Shown piece by piece: positions 30,404 to 39,879 of a DNA stretch of 64,000 bases (positions are counted from its first letter, which is position 1; each line of letters starts with the position of its first letter). The notes beneath the pieces are model-generated. The model did not search any database. It was not told the DNA's origin and saw nothing but the letters and a program-made list of their open reading frames with translations. The translations under genes and the position numbers were made by a program. Source of the DNA: Nitrospirales bacterium (GTDB lineage: Bacteria; Nitrospirota; Nitrospiria; Nitrospirales; UBA8639); assembly GCA_965223295.1 (NCBI GenBank), contig CBDCWC010000002.1, positions 544,001 through 608,000 of the forward strand. Direction: 5' to 3'.

Positions 30404-31162
30404 ATGTCCATTCCTCGTACCCTAGATCTGCCTGAAGACGTTCAGGACGTGTTGGCCCAGTATGTCTGTCAGATTACGCAAACGTGGGCATCTGATGTAA
30501 GCAGCCTCATTCTTTTTGGAAGCGTCGTACGGGGTGATTATATTGTTGGCCGTTCGAATATCAATCTTCTTCTGGTGGGAAGTAAAATATCTATTGACCA
30601 ATTACAACATGCAGCCCGGTTGCATAAAGAATGGGGGAAACATCAAATTGTCGCACCTTTACTAATGGGAAAAGACGATTTTGAGAAGACTGCTCGAGTA
30701 TTTCCGTTAGAATTCTTCCTCATGAATCAGCATCATATCGTATTGGTTGGCCAAGGCCCGTTTGGAAAAATTAACTTGGATAAAAACAAATTAAGTTGGC
30801 AATGTGAACAAGAATTAGTAGCTAATCTTTTGCGGTTACGACAGCGGTTTATTGAAGGCGAGGGTCGGATTGAGGCTATTCAGGCATTACTCATTCTTTC
30901 CATAACTGCTGTTATTCCTTGTCTTCGTGGTGTGTTGCATTGTCTAGGGCAGTCTTCACAGGAAAAAGATCTACGCATTCTTGAAGCTCTTCCAACGACA
31001 CTGCAGTTTGATTCGGCTGTTTTTGTCGAAATTTTGAATATTAAAAAAGGGCTGAGTAGCCCTGGTTCATTGGAATGGCCAAAAACTTACCAGCGATATC
31101 TCCAGTGCTTAGAAAGAGTTTTGGAAAGGGTCAGGGTGATTCGGCAAGAGGGGCATCTATGA
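30404..31162 (+). CDS. Nucleotidyltransferase-fold protein (TPM-associated)
   Basis: LILFGSVVRGDY..GRSNINLLLV; FPLEF motif. Confidence 0.75.
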   Translation: MSIPRTLDLPEDVQDVLAQYVCQITQTWASDVSSLILFGSVVRGDYIVGRSNINLLLVGSKISIDQLQHAARLHKEWGKHQIVAPLLMGKDDFEKTARVFPLEFFLMNQHHIVLVGQGPFGKINLDKNKLSWQCEQELVANLLRLRQRFIEGEGRIEAIQALLILSITAVIPCLRGVLHCLGQSSQEKDLRILEALPTTLQFDSAVFVEILNIKKGLSSPGSLEWPKTYQRYLQCLERVLERVRVIRQEGHL

Positions 31163-31890
31163 TCTCCCTCTATCGCCTCCTGATTGTGCTGATGTTCAGT
31201 AGTATACTGCTTGTCTGTTCGAAAGCTTGGGGTGGGTCTCAGGAAAACGAACAACTTCCAACTCCACTTGGCTATGTGAGTGACTATGCCCAGGTCTTGA
31301 GTGAAGAATGGTATGCCCAAATTCGGGCTGTCTGCAAAGACTTAGAAACCAATACGGGCGTTGAAATGTTAGTGGTGACTGTCGAGACGATTCATTCATT
31401 TTCTCATGCACAAGACTATGCCAAGCGGCTGTATGAAGCCTGGCGAATAGGAACGGCTCAACAAGAACGAGGCCTCCTGTTGTTAGTTGCCATGCAGGAG
31501 TGGCAGGCTGTTGTCGTTGTTGGGAAATCGCTTATCACGGTGGTTGCTCCTCAAGTGTTAGATGATATTTCGTTAAAGTATTTACAGCCGATGTTTCATT
31601 CCGAAGAATATGGGATGAATGTGTATCGTTCGTCACTGGCCTTGGCCTCTATTGTCGGGCAAGCTCCTCTTCCAAAAGAAAAAAGTCGTCCGACCAGAAA
31701 AGCTGGTTTTTGGATGAACCTGACTGTGGTGTTTCTTATGCTGTATGCATTGTGGCGGTTTACCCGTCCTGAAAGGCAGCACCCATTTCCACGTTGGAAG
31801 CGTGGAGAATATTGGGGTATAGGGCAGGGAGGTTTTGGCGGAAATTTTGGTGGTTTTGGCGGAGGAATTGGAGGTCAGGGTCTACGTTAA
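31159..31890 (+). CDS. TPM-domain membrane protein (YgcG-like)
   Basis: GYVSDYAQVLS, TGVEMLVVTV, WRIG..GLLLLV; TM helix; Gly-rich tail; ATGA overlap with upstream gene. Confidence 0.88.
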   Translation: MISLYRLLIVLMFSSILLVCSKAWGGSQENEQLPTPLGYVSDYAQVLSEEWYAQIRAVCKDLETNTGVEMLVVTVETIHSFSHAQDYAKRLYEAWRIGTAQQERGLLLLVAMQEWQAVVVVGKSLITVVAPQVLDDISLKYLQPMFHSEEYGMNVYRSSLALASIVGQAPLPKEKSRPTRKAGFWMNLTVVFLMLYALWRFTRPERQHPFPRWKRGEYWGIGQGGFGGNFGGFGGGIGGQGLR

Positions 31891-31958
31891 CGCTTCAGAA
31901 GTCGTGTCTTCACTAGAGCGAAGACAACGTCTCTTCTTTTCTTAGGCTAATGAAAAAT

Positions 31959-32004
31959 AAGGCGGAGAGAGAAGATTTTCTATCTTCTCTCCCTCTCGCC
32001 TTTT
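31959..32004. terminator. Probable terminator hairpin between convergent genes
   Basis: AAGGCGGAGAGAGAAGA...TCTTCTCTCCCTCTCGCCTTTT. Confidence 0.55.
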
Positions 32005-32073
32005 GGTCTTCTGTCCAGGGTTGCTTAAGCTGACTCAAGTCGAACATTCGATCGACTGAAAACCAGTCTGCGT

Positions 32074-32751
32074 TTAAGAAAGCATAGCGTGGTTTTCAAA
32101 GGTTAAGGTTCGCGCCGTGACTTCTCCATCTTCATACGAAAGAATACGCCGCGTTGCTGGAAGGTCAGACTTTCCTATTCGAACATGCGTATCCGAGAAG
32201 CTGTCAACGTTTTTCAGTGAGCGATCTTTTGGGGAGAAATAGTAAACCGTATATCGCGTCGTCAGATGCTGGTTATCCTGAGTCATTGCGCTATCTTCTA
32301 CGTTGATAGTAAATGCGGCTTGAGGCATGTTTCGATTGATTTGAGTAATGCGGTTGTCTTTGATTCTATACCAAGAACCCATCCCGTCTCCATGAATGTT
32401 AATCCGCTGTCCAAGTGGATGTGTTTCTTCCCCGCCTAACGTCAAGGTGTATTTCCCATCAGACTCTTGAAAGTTTCTGGGACCGCGATGGACGGCGATC
32501 ATCCCAATTTGGTTTTGGGCCCAGGCTTGGAGATCGGCGTCATCAATTGCCACGACGACATCTCGCGGCCCTTTCACCGTAACCGTGCCCTTGGTTTCTT
32601 TTCCGTTCACATTGACTCGTAAATCAGCTTGAAACCCTTTGAAGTCCTGTTGCCAACGAGACGTCTTGGCAAAGGCCGTTTGAAGGAGGTCTCGAGCTTT
32701 TGGGTCGTCTTGAATGTCCGTATGTTGTTCTTCCTGGATGTCTGTTTTCAT
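32074..32751 (-). CDS. DUF3386-like protein
   Basis: ARDLL..AF...W..DF.GF.AD and SWYRIKDNRITQINR; AAGGAG RBS. Confidence 0.7.
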   Translation of the reverse strand: MKTDIQEEQHTDIQDDPKARDLLQTAFAKTSRWQQDFKGFQADLRVNVNGKETKGTVTVKGPRDVVVAIDDADLQAWAQNQIGMIAVHRGPRNFQESDGKYTLTLGGEETHPLGQRINIHGDGMGSWYRIKDNRITQINRNMPQAAFTINVEDSAMTQDNQHLTTRYTVYYFSPKDRSLKNVDSFSDTHVRIGKSDLPATRRILSYEDGEVTARTLTFENHAMLS

Positions 32752-32948
32752 GATTCCTGCTCCTTAACTGCAAAAATGTGGAAGAGAGAATGAAACGTTA
32801 GCACGTTAAAAATTTGTGAATGCATTATAGGGAAGTTCTTTGGGATGAACAACAAGCTCGGGGCACAAGATGATGGCATTAACTTTGCTCGGTTTGCTGA
32901 CAGGGTTATCTCTTTGACATCGGGTTGAATTTGAAAGAGGGGAACACT

Positions 32949-33869
32949 ATGCGTGTTTTGGTCACGGGTGGCGCTGGTTTTATCGGGTCACATTCGGTCG
33001 AACAACTCCTTGCTGCAAATATTCCTGTCAGAGTGTTGGATAATTTTTCTGCCGGATCTCGGCAGAATTTGCCGACTCATTCTCTTTTAGAAATTCAAGA
33101 GGGTGATATCCGTGATGACCAAGCGGTGCAGAGAGCCATGGAGGATATTTCGCATGTCCTGCATTTGGCGGCTCAGGTATCTGTTCAGGCCTCTGTCGAA
33201 AGCCCTACTCTGTCTTGTTCCATAAACATTGGAGGTTTTGTGAATGTGCTTCAAGCCGCACGTACCTTTCGCGTACAACGAATGGTGTATGCCTCTAGTG
33301 CTGCGGTCTACGGCCAGCCCCAACGGTTACCACTCTCCGAAGACGATAATGCCTTACCTTGTTCCCCCTATGGTTTAGAAAAACTTATCAATGATCAATA
33401 TGCCGCATTATTCGCACAAGAGTTTGGATTATCATTGTTAGGGTTACGGTATTTTAATGTGTTCGGCCCACGGCAAGATCCTCGATCCCATTATGCCGGG
33501 GTCATCAGTAAATTTATTTCCATGATTGAGCAGCATCAACCCCTTGCAGTTTTTGGAGATGGTGAGCAAACACGGGACTTCATTTTTGTCAAAGATATTG
33601 CGAATGCCAACGTTCAGGCTCTTCAACACGAGATGACGGGCGTGTGTAATGTCGCAACGGGGAAAAGTCTCAGTTTGTTAAATCTCATTGAGGTACTGGC
33701 TCATTGTGTCGGACGTCCTTTAGAAATTGTGCAACGACCGGCCCGCTTGGGTGATATTCCTTTTTCAGAAGCTCATGTTGCCCGGCTAGACTCATTAATT
33801 GATATGAAGAAAATGACTGACCTTAAAGATGGTTTGCAAGCTTTACTTCAAGAAGCCATGAGCCTTTAG
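32949..33869 (+). CDS. NAD-dependent epimerase/dehydratase
   Basis: VLVTGGAGFIGSH, ASSAAVYG, SPYGLEK, LRYFNVFGPRQDP and GDGEQTRDF. Confidence 0.95.
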   Translation: MRVLVTGGAGFIGSHSVEQLLAANIPVRVLDNFSAGSRQNLPTHSLLEIQEGDIRDDQAVQRAMEDISHVLHLAAQVSVQASVESPTLSCSINIGGFVNVLQAARTFRVQRMVYASSAAVYGQPQRLPLSEDDNALPCSPYGLEKLINDQYAALFAQEFGLSLLGLRYFNVFGPRQDPRSHYAGVISKFISMIEQHQPLAVFGDGEQTRDFIFVKDIANANVQALQHEMTGVCNVATGKSLSLLNLIEVLAHCVGRPLEIVQRPARLGDIPFSEAHVARLDSLIDMKKMTDLKDGLQALLQEAMSL

Positions 33870-34147
33870 ACCTTTGAAAACTCCTCATTGGCACACATCT
33901 GCATGTCCTTAGATATTCTGAATTCTAATAGTCTCTCTCAATCTACCAGTCTTTCAAATTGATTTGAACCTTTAAAATTAGCGTACTGCGATGTATTTTC
34001 TATCTATCGAAGCTAGTGCTGAGGATCGCGGCGTAGGTCCGTGGGTATCTACTTCGAAAGATTTTCGTAGAGACAAAAACCTCGGAGATCAAGAACGTTT
34101 TGCTAGGAACGGGCTCGTAGAGGAAACAAAAAAAAGGAAAATTTATG

Positions 34148-34348
34148 CTACGTTTCGAGATAGAGGCGAAGGGTATTTTCTTGGCCTAAGGTGACATGTC
34201 CGGTTTTACATTCTCCGCTAAGAGAGCAGGTTCGTTTAATAGCCAAGACGACGGCAGGGCTTTCATCGGATCGATAAATCACATCTTCTATGCGAATTTC
34301 TACCGCTTTTTCTTCGTCTTCTGGATCTAGGTAATCGGCATCATTCAT
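34148..34348 (-). CDS. Small hypothetical protein (66 aa)
   Basis: GGAGAGG RBS 6 nt before ATG 34348; sigma54-like site upstream. Confidence 0.45.
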   Translation of the reverse strand: MNDADYLDPEDEEKAVEIRIEDVIYRSDESPAVVLAIKRTCSLSGECKTGHVTLGQENTLRLYLET

Positions 34349-34399
34349 GGAAAACCTCTCCGTATTTGAAGCGAGTGTCTCTGTTAGGCCTAAGAATAA

Positions 34400-34414
34400 C
34401 CAAGAATTGTGCCA
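34400..34414 (-). promoter_or_regulatory. Sigma54-like promoter
   Basis: TGGCACAATTCTTGG: correct -24/-12 spacing, but the -12 reads GG instead of GC. Confidence 0.4.
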
Positions 34415-35028
34415 TTTGAAGACTAAAAGATTTTTGAGAAAACACTCAAAAAATCGAGCTTTTTTGAGTGAAAATTTTAGAGTATGTCGAGTACTCGGCA
34501 AGGTCTACCGAGTTGCGGAAAAAATTGAATGCAGACGGAATAGTTCGAAAAACTCCTCTAGGGGGTTTCTGATAATAATGATAAGCGAATGAGAGGTCTG
34601 TATTGAGTCAAGCGCAATCATTGGATGAAAAGCTGAGAGAAACTCTTGCGTCCTGAAGTTAGGTAAGCTCTTGTAGCGGATTTTCCTATGTAGGTTTATC
34701 TGGAAACCTGATCATTTTTTCAAGAAAAAACCGAAGATTCTTGTTTAATCCTCCATGCATTCGTTTGCAGTGCAGAAATATTCTTTTGCATAAAAAGTCT
34801 AGGCAGGAATAGGGCTTGGCAATATCCTCGTAGTATCCACCGTACCAATTTGTAATCGTTTTTTTACAGTTTCTGCCCTTTATATCTCTTCTCATACTTT
34901 TTATCTTTTCATCAAGTTTTAGCTGGTTCTGTAACAAAAATTTAATTTGCATCAAGTTGTGCTTTGTTACTGATAGGGCATAAGCGTAATCATCCGTTTG
35001 GTTCTTAGTGTTTTAGAAAAATTAGGGG

Positions 35029-35139
35029 GTAAAGCCAGTAAACAAGTCGATATATTTTACATTTGTAGTGCCATTAAGCCGAGAAATTTGTAAATTCCTG
35101 CTTAAATCAAAAGAAAAAGCGGTGGGTATAAGTTATGCA
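35029..35139 (+). promoter_or_regulatory. Sigma54 promoter with upstream enhancer-like site for the PEP-CTERM gene
   Basis: GG-N10-GC at 35125-35138 (GGTATAAGTTATGCA); GTCGATATATTTTACA at 35046-35061. Confidence 0.6.
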
Positions 35140-35207
35140 TTTTCTTTAGTGATGCTTTAATTTTTGCCATTAATAATATTGTTTATTCTAGAAAGGAGAG
35201 AATAAGC

Positions 35208-35819
35208 ATGAAACTGTCGCACTCCAAAATTTATCTCAGTGGTCTCTTTGTCTTATTACTGGCTCTGACTCCAGTTTATGCACTCGCAGACTTTATTGGG
35301 CCCTATGACGTCAGTAACTGGACGGCGTCCACCGAATTTGACGGCATCATTGATACGAGCGGTGCACCAAATTCTATTACAATAATCAGTACAGACGATG
35401 ATCCGGCTGATGGGGAGGGTTCTAGTAATCAGGATTTCACGATTATGGCTGTAGCCAATGGTCAAGTGCGGTTCACATGGGAGTCCATAACAGATGATGA
35501 CGATTTTAGTTTTGATCCTTTTGGGTATCTGTTGAATGGAAATTTCACAGAACTCACCGATTCATTTGCATTTGAGGACAGTGGAACAGCTTCATTTAAT
35601 GTGTTGACGGGAGATATCTTCGGTTTTCGTGCGCACTCCACTGATTCATGCTGTGGTGCCGCAACGACTATTATTTCCGGTTTTTCAGGCCCAATTGGAG
35701 ATACTGATCCAGGGCCTGGCCCCGGCCCGGCGATTCCTGAGCCATCGACCATTCTGCTATTGGGTTCGGGTTTGATTGGACTTGGTGCCTGGCGCATGAA
35801 GAATAGCTCTTCAGTCTAG
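35208..35819 (+). CDS. PEP-CTERM sorting-signal surface protein
   Basis: Signal peptide, acidic body, PGPGPGP linker, IPEPSTILLLGSGLIGLGAWRMK; AAAGGAG RBS. Confidence 0.93.
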   Translation: MKLSHSKIYLSGLFVLLLALTPVYALADFIGPYDVSNWTASTEFDGIIDTSGAPNSITIISTDDDPADGEGSSNQDFTIMAVANGQVRFTWESITDDDDFSFDPFGYLLNGNFTELTDSFAFEDSGTASFNVLTGDIFGFRAHSTDSCCGAATTIISGFSGPIGDTDPGPGPGPAIPEPSTILLLGSGLIGLGAWRMKNSSSV

Positions 35820-35858
35820 TGCTTCGTTAACCCTTTCAATTGTTCTTATAAAGACGAT

Positions 35859-35894
35859 AAAACCCGTTTTCCTAATATTAGGAAAACGGGTTTT
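35859..35894. terminator. Bidirectional terminator (36-bp perfect palindrome)
   Basis: AAAACCCGTTTTCCTAAT|ATTAGGAAAACGGGTTTT between convergent PEP-CTERM and trpA genes. Confidence 0.85.
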
Positions 35895-35938
35895 TCATAT
35901 GCGGAGATAGATCTTTTTCGCAACTACCAAATCTACCA

Positions 35939-36748
35939 TCAATTCTTTGAAGAAACCGCTGCTTTGAGGTTCCTGATAAGCCTTTTGATATTGAGGAGAA
36001 AATTATTATCTTGATGCTGTTCAGCAATGGTGCGAACGAGAGCGCTGCCGATGATTACGCCATCGGCAAATTGCGCGACGTTGCGGGCTTGCTCTGGAGT
36101 TGAAATGCCAAAGCCGACAGCGACAGGCTTTTTCGCTATTTTTTGAATAGCGGACACATTCTTTTTGACTTGGTTGAAATTGGTAATTTGCGAGCCGGTA
36201 ATACCAGTCAGGGACACATAATATATAAACCCATGTGTACGTGAGATGACGTCTTTTCGTCGCTGAGGAGTGCTCGTTGGCGCCAAGAGAAAAATGATTG
36301 TGGGACCACCCGTTTCCATTGTTGCCTCATAGAGCGCATCAGATTCCTCCGGCGGAAGATCTGGCACAATCACCCCGTCTACTCCTACCGCAACTGCCTC
36401 ATCGCAGAACTTCTCTAAACCCATATTAAGAATGGTGTTGTAATAGGCCATGAAGATAAGGGGGACTTGGGTCTTGGTTCGCAGCGATCGAACAGTCGAA
36501 AAAATTTTCTTGAGAGTTGTTCCTGCATGAAGCGAACGTTCAGCCGCTTGTTGTATGACCGGACCATCGGCGATAGGATCTGAAAACGGCACGCCCAGTT
36601 CAATGAGATCCGCCCCACCATCGGCCAATGTCAAGACGAGTGATTCCGTCATCTCTAAAGAAGGATCTCCTGCCATGATATACGGGATAAGAGCTTTTTC
36701 TCCTTTAGTTTTTAAAAAGTCAAAGGTATGTTGAATGCAATTAGTCAT
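35939..36748 (-). CDS. trpA: Tryptophan synthase alpha chain
   Basis: IELGVPFSDPIADGPVIQ and VGFGISTPEQA motifs. Confidence 0.97.
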   Translation of the reverse strand: MTNCIQHTFDFLKTKGEKALIPYIMAGDPSLEMTESLVLTLADGGADLIELGVPFSDPIADGPVIQQAAERSLHAGTTLKKIFSTVRSLRTKTQVPLIFMAYYNTILNMGLEKFCDEAVAVGVDGVIVPDLPPEESDALYEATMETGGPTIIFLLAPTSTPQRRKDVISRTHGFIYYVSLTGITGSQITNFNQVKKNVSAIQKIAKKPVAVGFGISTPEQARNVAQFADGVIIGSALVRTIAEQHQDNNFLLNIKRLIRNLKAAVSSKN

Positions 36749-36778
36749 GGTAATTGTTTAGTACCTTGAGGCTTCTAC

Positions 36779-36811
36779 CTTGCCTCAATCCTCTCCTTAC
36801 AAAGGAGAGGA
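36779..36811. repeat. REP-like hairpin between trpB and trpA
   Basis: TCCTCTCCTT-ACA-AAGGAGAGGA preceded by a C-rich tail. Confidence 0.45.
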
Positions 36812-36815
36812 AGTC

Positions 36816-38009
36816 CTAGAGAGGGATGCCGCGCATCCTAGCGATTTGCTGCACGTCTTTATCGCCACGGCCAGAAAGATTCACTAAGAGAATCTGATTT
36901 TTCTTCATGGTTGGAGCGAGTTTGATCACTTCTGCTATCGCATGTGAGCTTTCTAACGCAGGAATGATGCCTTCTTCCTGAGACAACAAGTCAAACGCCA
37001 CAAGAGCTTCCTTATCAGTCACCGAGGTATACTGGATGCGTCCGGAGTCATGATAGAAGCTATGCTCTGGTCCTACCGCGGGATAATCCAAGCCTGCCGA
37101 AACAGAATGCGTTAAATTGATTTGGCCATCTTGATCTTGCAGGAGATAGGTCATCGTGCCATGCAACACTCCTGGCCGTCCTCCAGAAAAACGGGCGGCA
37201 TGCTTGCCGCTCTTGATGCCATGTCCGCCAGCTTCCACTCCCACCATTTTTACCGTCGTATCTTTTACGAAAGGATAAAAAAGTCCCATACTATTGCTTC
37301 CTCCGCCCACACAGGCTACCAGACAATGAGGAAGCCGCCCTTCTTGCTTGATAATTTGTTTCCGGGCTTCTCGGCCAATAATCGATTGGAAATCACGAAT
37401 CATCATGGGGTAGGGATGGGCTCCCAGCACAGAACCCAAGAGATAATGCGTCGTCGCAACATTGGTTGTCCAATCCCGCATGGCTTCGCTAATCGCATCT
37501 TTTAATGTTCGGCTGCCAGCATCGACACCTGTTACTTTTGACCCGAGTAATCGCATTCTGAATACATTGAGCGCCTGGCGCTCCATATCTTCCGTCCCCA
37601 TATAAATTTCAGCGTCGAGGCCAAACATCGCGGCAACTGTTGCCACAGCCACGCCATGCTGTCCAGCCCCTGTTTCGGCAATAACCCGTTTCTTTTTCAT
37701 ACGGCGTGTAAGCAGCGCTTGGCCAACCGTATTATTAATTTTGTGTGCTCCCGTATGGCAGAGGTCTTCTCGTTTTAGATAAATTTTAGCGCCACCCAAA
37801 GTTTTTGTGAGACGTTCGGCAAAATAGAGAGGCGTGGGACGGCCCACAAAATTTTTCAGACAGGTCTGAAACTCTTCTTGAAAACGTTTGTCGCGCTTAA
37901 TCTTGTGATACGCCTGATCAAGCTCATGAATAGCAGGCATCAGGGTTTCGGGGACATACATGCCGCCGAATTGCCCAAAACGCCCATATTTATCTGGAGA
38001 GGTTGCCAT
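36816..38009 (-). CDS. trpB: Tryptophan synthase beta chain
   Basis: [31 protein letters not shown] and VGGGSN; start set at MATSPDK. Confidence 0.97.
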   Translation of the reverse strand: MATSPDKYGRFGQFGGMYVPETLMPAIHELDQAYHKIKRDKRFQEEFQTCLKNFVGRPTPLYFAERLTKTLGGAKIYLKREDLCHTGAHKINNTVGQALLTRRMKKKRVIAETGAGQHGVAVATVAAMFGLDAEIYMGTEDMERQALNVFRMRLLGSKVTGVDAGSRTLKDAISEAMRDWTTNVATTHYLLGSVLGAHPYPMMIRDFQSIIGREARKQIIKQEGRLPHCLVACVGGGSNSMGLFYPFVKDTTVKMVGVEAGGHGIKSGKHAARFSGGRPGVLHGTMTYLLQDQDGQINLTHSVSAGLDYPAVGPEHSFYHDSGRIQYTSVTDKEALVAFDLLSQEEGIIPALESSHAIAEVIKLAPTMKKNQILLVNLSGRGDKDVQQIARMRGIPL

Positions 38010-38061
38010 GTTGAGGAAAAAATCGAAAATTAGAAAAGAGGAGAGTATAGCGACGCCATGG

Positions 38062-38691
38062 CTAACACTCAAGACGAACTGCTTGAGTGAATGCGCGAAT
38101 TTTGTTGTGATCTTTTTTGCCTGGACGTACTTCCACACCGCTGTTCACGTCCACGCCATACGGCTGCACCTGTTGAATGGCTTCTTGGACATTGTTTGGC
38201 GTGAGACCTCCTGCCAGGAGAATGGGGACGGTTTTCGCGACTTCGCGGGCCAAGGACCAATCCACGGTTTGCCCTGTGCCTCCATAGGCTTCTGATGAAA
38301 AAGCATCGATGACAAATCCTCTGATGCCCATTCGGCCTTTATATTCTGCGAATGCAAGCAAACTTCCATGATCCCGTAAGCGAAGGGCTCGTAACACTGG
38401 TCTTCCGAGTGACTCGCAAAATGCGGGTGCTTCATCGCCATGGAGTTGGGCAAAGGCTAAACCGCATTCATCGACGATTGCTCTGATCGTGTTCGGATCG
38501 TGATTGACAAAAACCCCAATAGCTAAGACAAACGGCGGAAGTTGAGCAATAATTCGCCGAGCGACAGCAGGTTCTATATAACGGGGACTTTTCGCATAAA
38601 ATACAAAGCCCAACGCATCGGCTCCTGCGTCAATGGCCACTGTGGCATCGTCCAGATTGGTAATCCCGCAGATTTTAATTTTCATGGACAT
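38062..38691 (-). CDS. trpF: Phosphoribosylanthranilate isomerase
   Basis: [23 protein letters not shown] and LAGGLTP motifs. Confidence 0.96.
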   Translation of the reverse strand: MSMKIKICGITNLDDATVAIDAGADALGFVFYAKSPRYIEPAVARRIIAQLPPFVLAIGVFVNHDPNTIRAIVDECGLAFAQLHGDEAPAFCESLGRPVLRALRLRDHGSLLAFAEYKGRMGIRGFVIDAFSSEAYGGTGQTVDWSLAREVAKTVPILLAGGLTPNNVQEAIQQVQPYGVDVNSGVEVRPGKKDHNKIRAFTQAVRLEC

Positions 38692-38712
38692 GGAGCGATT
38701 ATTCATGAAATA

Positions 38713-38972
38713 GGTATTCCCATAAAAATGGGAATCCAGGATTATCTTTTTGGGGAGTGTTGAATAATGACTATATCAAAAGCCATATTTCGTCAGGAAG
38801 CTCTTGACGATCAACAATGTCGGGGCTGTTCAAAAAGTCCGTTCAGCAAGGCCGCAGCCGTTGTTGCGCGCGGAGCGTACTGCCAGTACGTGAGTACGGA
38901 AAAATGGCGAGAACGCCGCTGATGGCTTTTTTCAACAGACCCTTTTTGCATACCCGCCTTCGCGGGTATGAC
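38713..38972. repeat. Inverted REP-like doublet (GTCATTCCCGCGAAGGCGGGAATCC type) interrupted by a family A MITE
   Basis: Left arm GGTATTCCCATAAAAATGGGAATCCAG (38713-38739); right arm, reverse complement, GTCATACCCGCGAAGGCGGGTATGCA (38947-38972). Confidence 0.65.
38753..38942 (+). mobile_element. MITE-like element, family A, copy 3
   Basis: GGGAGTGTTGAA...TTCAACAGACCC; 190 bp; between trpC and trpF. Confidence 0.88.
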
Positions 38973-39033
38973 GTGAAGATAAAAGTAAATCTTGAACAAT
39001 GGATTTCTTATCGATTGATGCTGAAAGGAACAA

Positions 39034-39879
39034 TCACACCCAACGAGTTTCAGTAGGTTGCTTGTTTGAAGTCGTTGGCATGGGGAGTAACTCCTTGATT
39101 TTTTCTTCAATGGAGTGAGCCCGAAGCAGAGATTCGCCAATGAGCATGGCCTGCGCGCCGGCTTCTGAAATTCTCACGACATCTTCACGTTTATGAATGC
39201 CGCTTTCACTCACGATAAGTTTGTCCGCAGGAATCCTTTTGCCTAATCGTTCTGTCACGCCCAAATCAGTAGAAAATGTTTTAAGGTCACGATTATTGAT
39301 ACCGATTAGCTTAGCTTGAGGAATTCGTTCAAGGACAATGTCTAGCTCTTGTTCATTATGCGTTTCAATGAGAACATCCATGTTGAGCTCTGTCGCCAGA
39401 ACAAAAAAATCTTCAAGCTGAATGCGATCCAACCCTGCCACAATCAATAATACACAATCCGCGCCATAAGCGCGGGCTTCGTAAAATTGGATGTCCCCTA
39501 CCATAAATTCTTTATTAAGGGTGGGAAGATTTACCGAATCTTTGACTGATGTTAGAAATTCCAAGCTGCCTTGAAAGAATTCCTGATCGGTAAGGACAGA
39601 AAGAGCATGAGCCCCAGCGTCACGGTACCTGGTCGCAATAGCGACCGGGTCAAATCGACCCTGAAATTCTTGACGCATGAGACCCTGACTGGGTGAGGCT
39701 CTTTTGACTTCGGCAATTAAGGCTGGGCTTCCTGTTTCACTGTGAGCTTCGAGGGCGTTGATGAATCCTAAGGAAGCCGGTTGATCGGCAATACGAGTTT
39801 TCATACTTGACAGATAGCCACGGCTTTGCTTCCGGCGCAATTCTGCTTTTTTATGTTCTAAAATTCGTGAAAGAATCAT
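39034..39879 (-). CDS. trpC: Indole-3-glycerol phosphate synthase
   Basis: LIAEVKRASPSQG, LSVLTDQEFFQG, IGINNRDL and VSESGI motifs. Confidence 0.96.
   Translation of the reverse strand: MILSRILEHKKAELRRKQSRGYLSSMKTRIADQPASLGFINALEAHSETGSPALIAEVKRASPSQGLMRQEFQGRFDPVAIATRYRDAGAHALSVLTDQEFFQGSLEFLTSVKDSVNLPTLNKEFMVGDIQFYEARAYGADCVLLIVAGLDRIQLEDFFVLATELNMDVLIETHNEQELDIVLERIPQAKLIGINNRDLKTFSTDLGVTERLGKRIPADKLIVSESGIHKREDVVRISEAGAQAMLIGESLLRAHSIEEKIKELLPMPTTSNKQPTETRWV

Noticed and set aside
33889-33902. TGGCACACATCTGC as a sigma54 promoter
   Set aside because: The spacing is GG-N9-GC and no credible gene follows.
34686-34955. 89-aa AT-rich minus-strand ORF
   Set aside because: No RBS, no recognisable motif and a non-ATG start; it cannot be supported.
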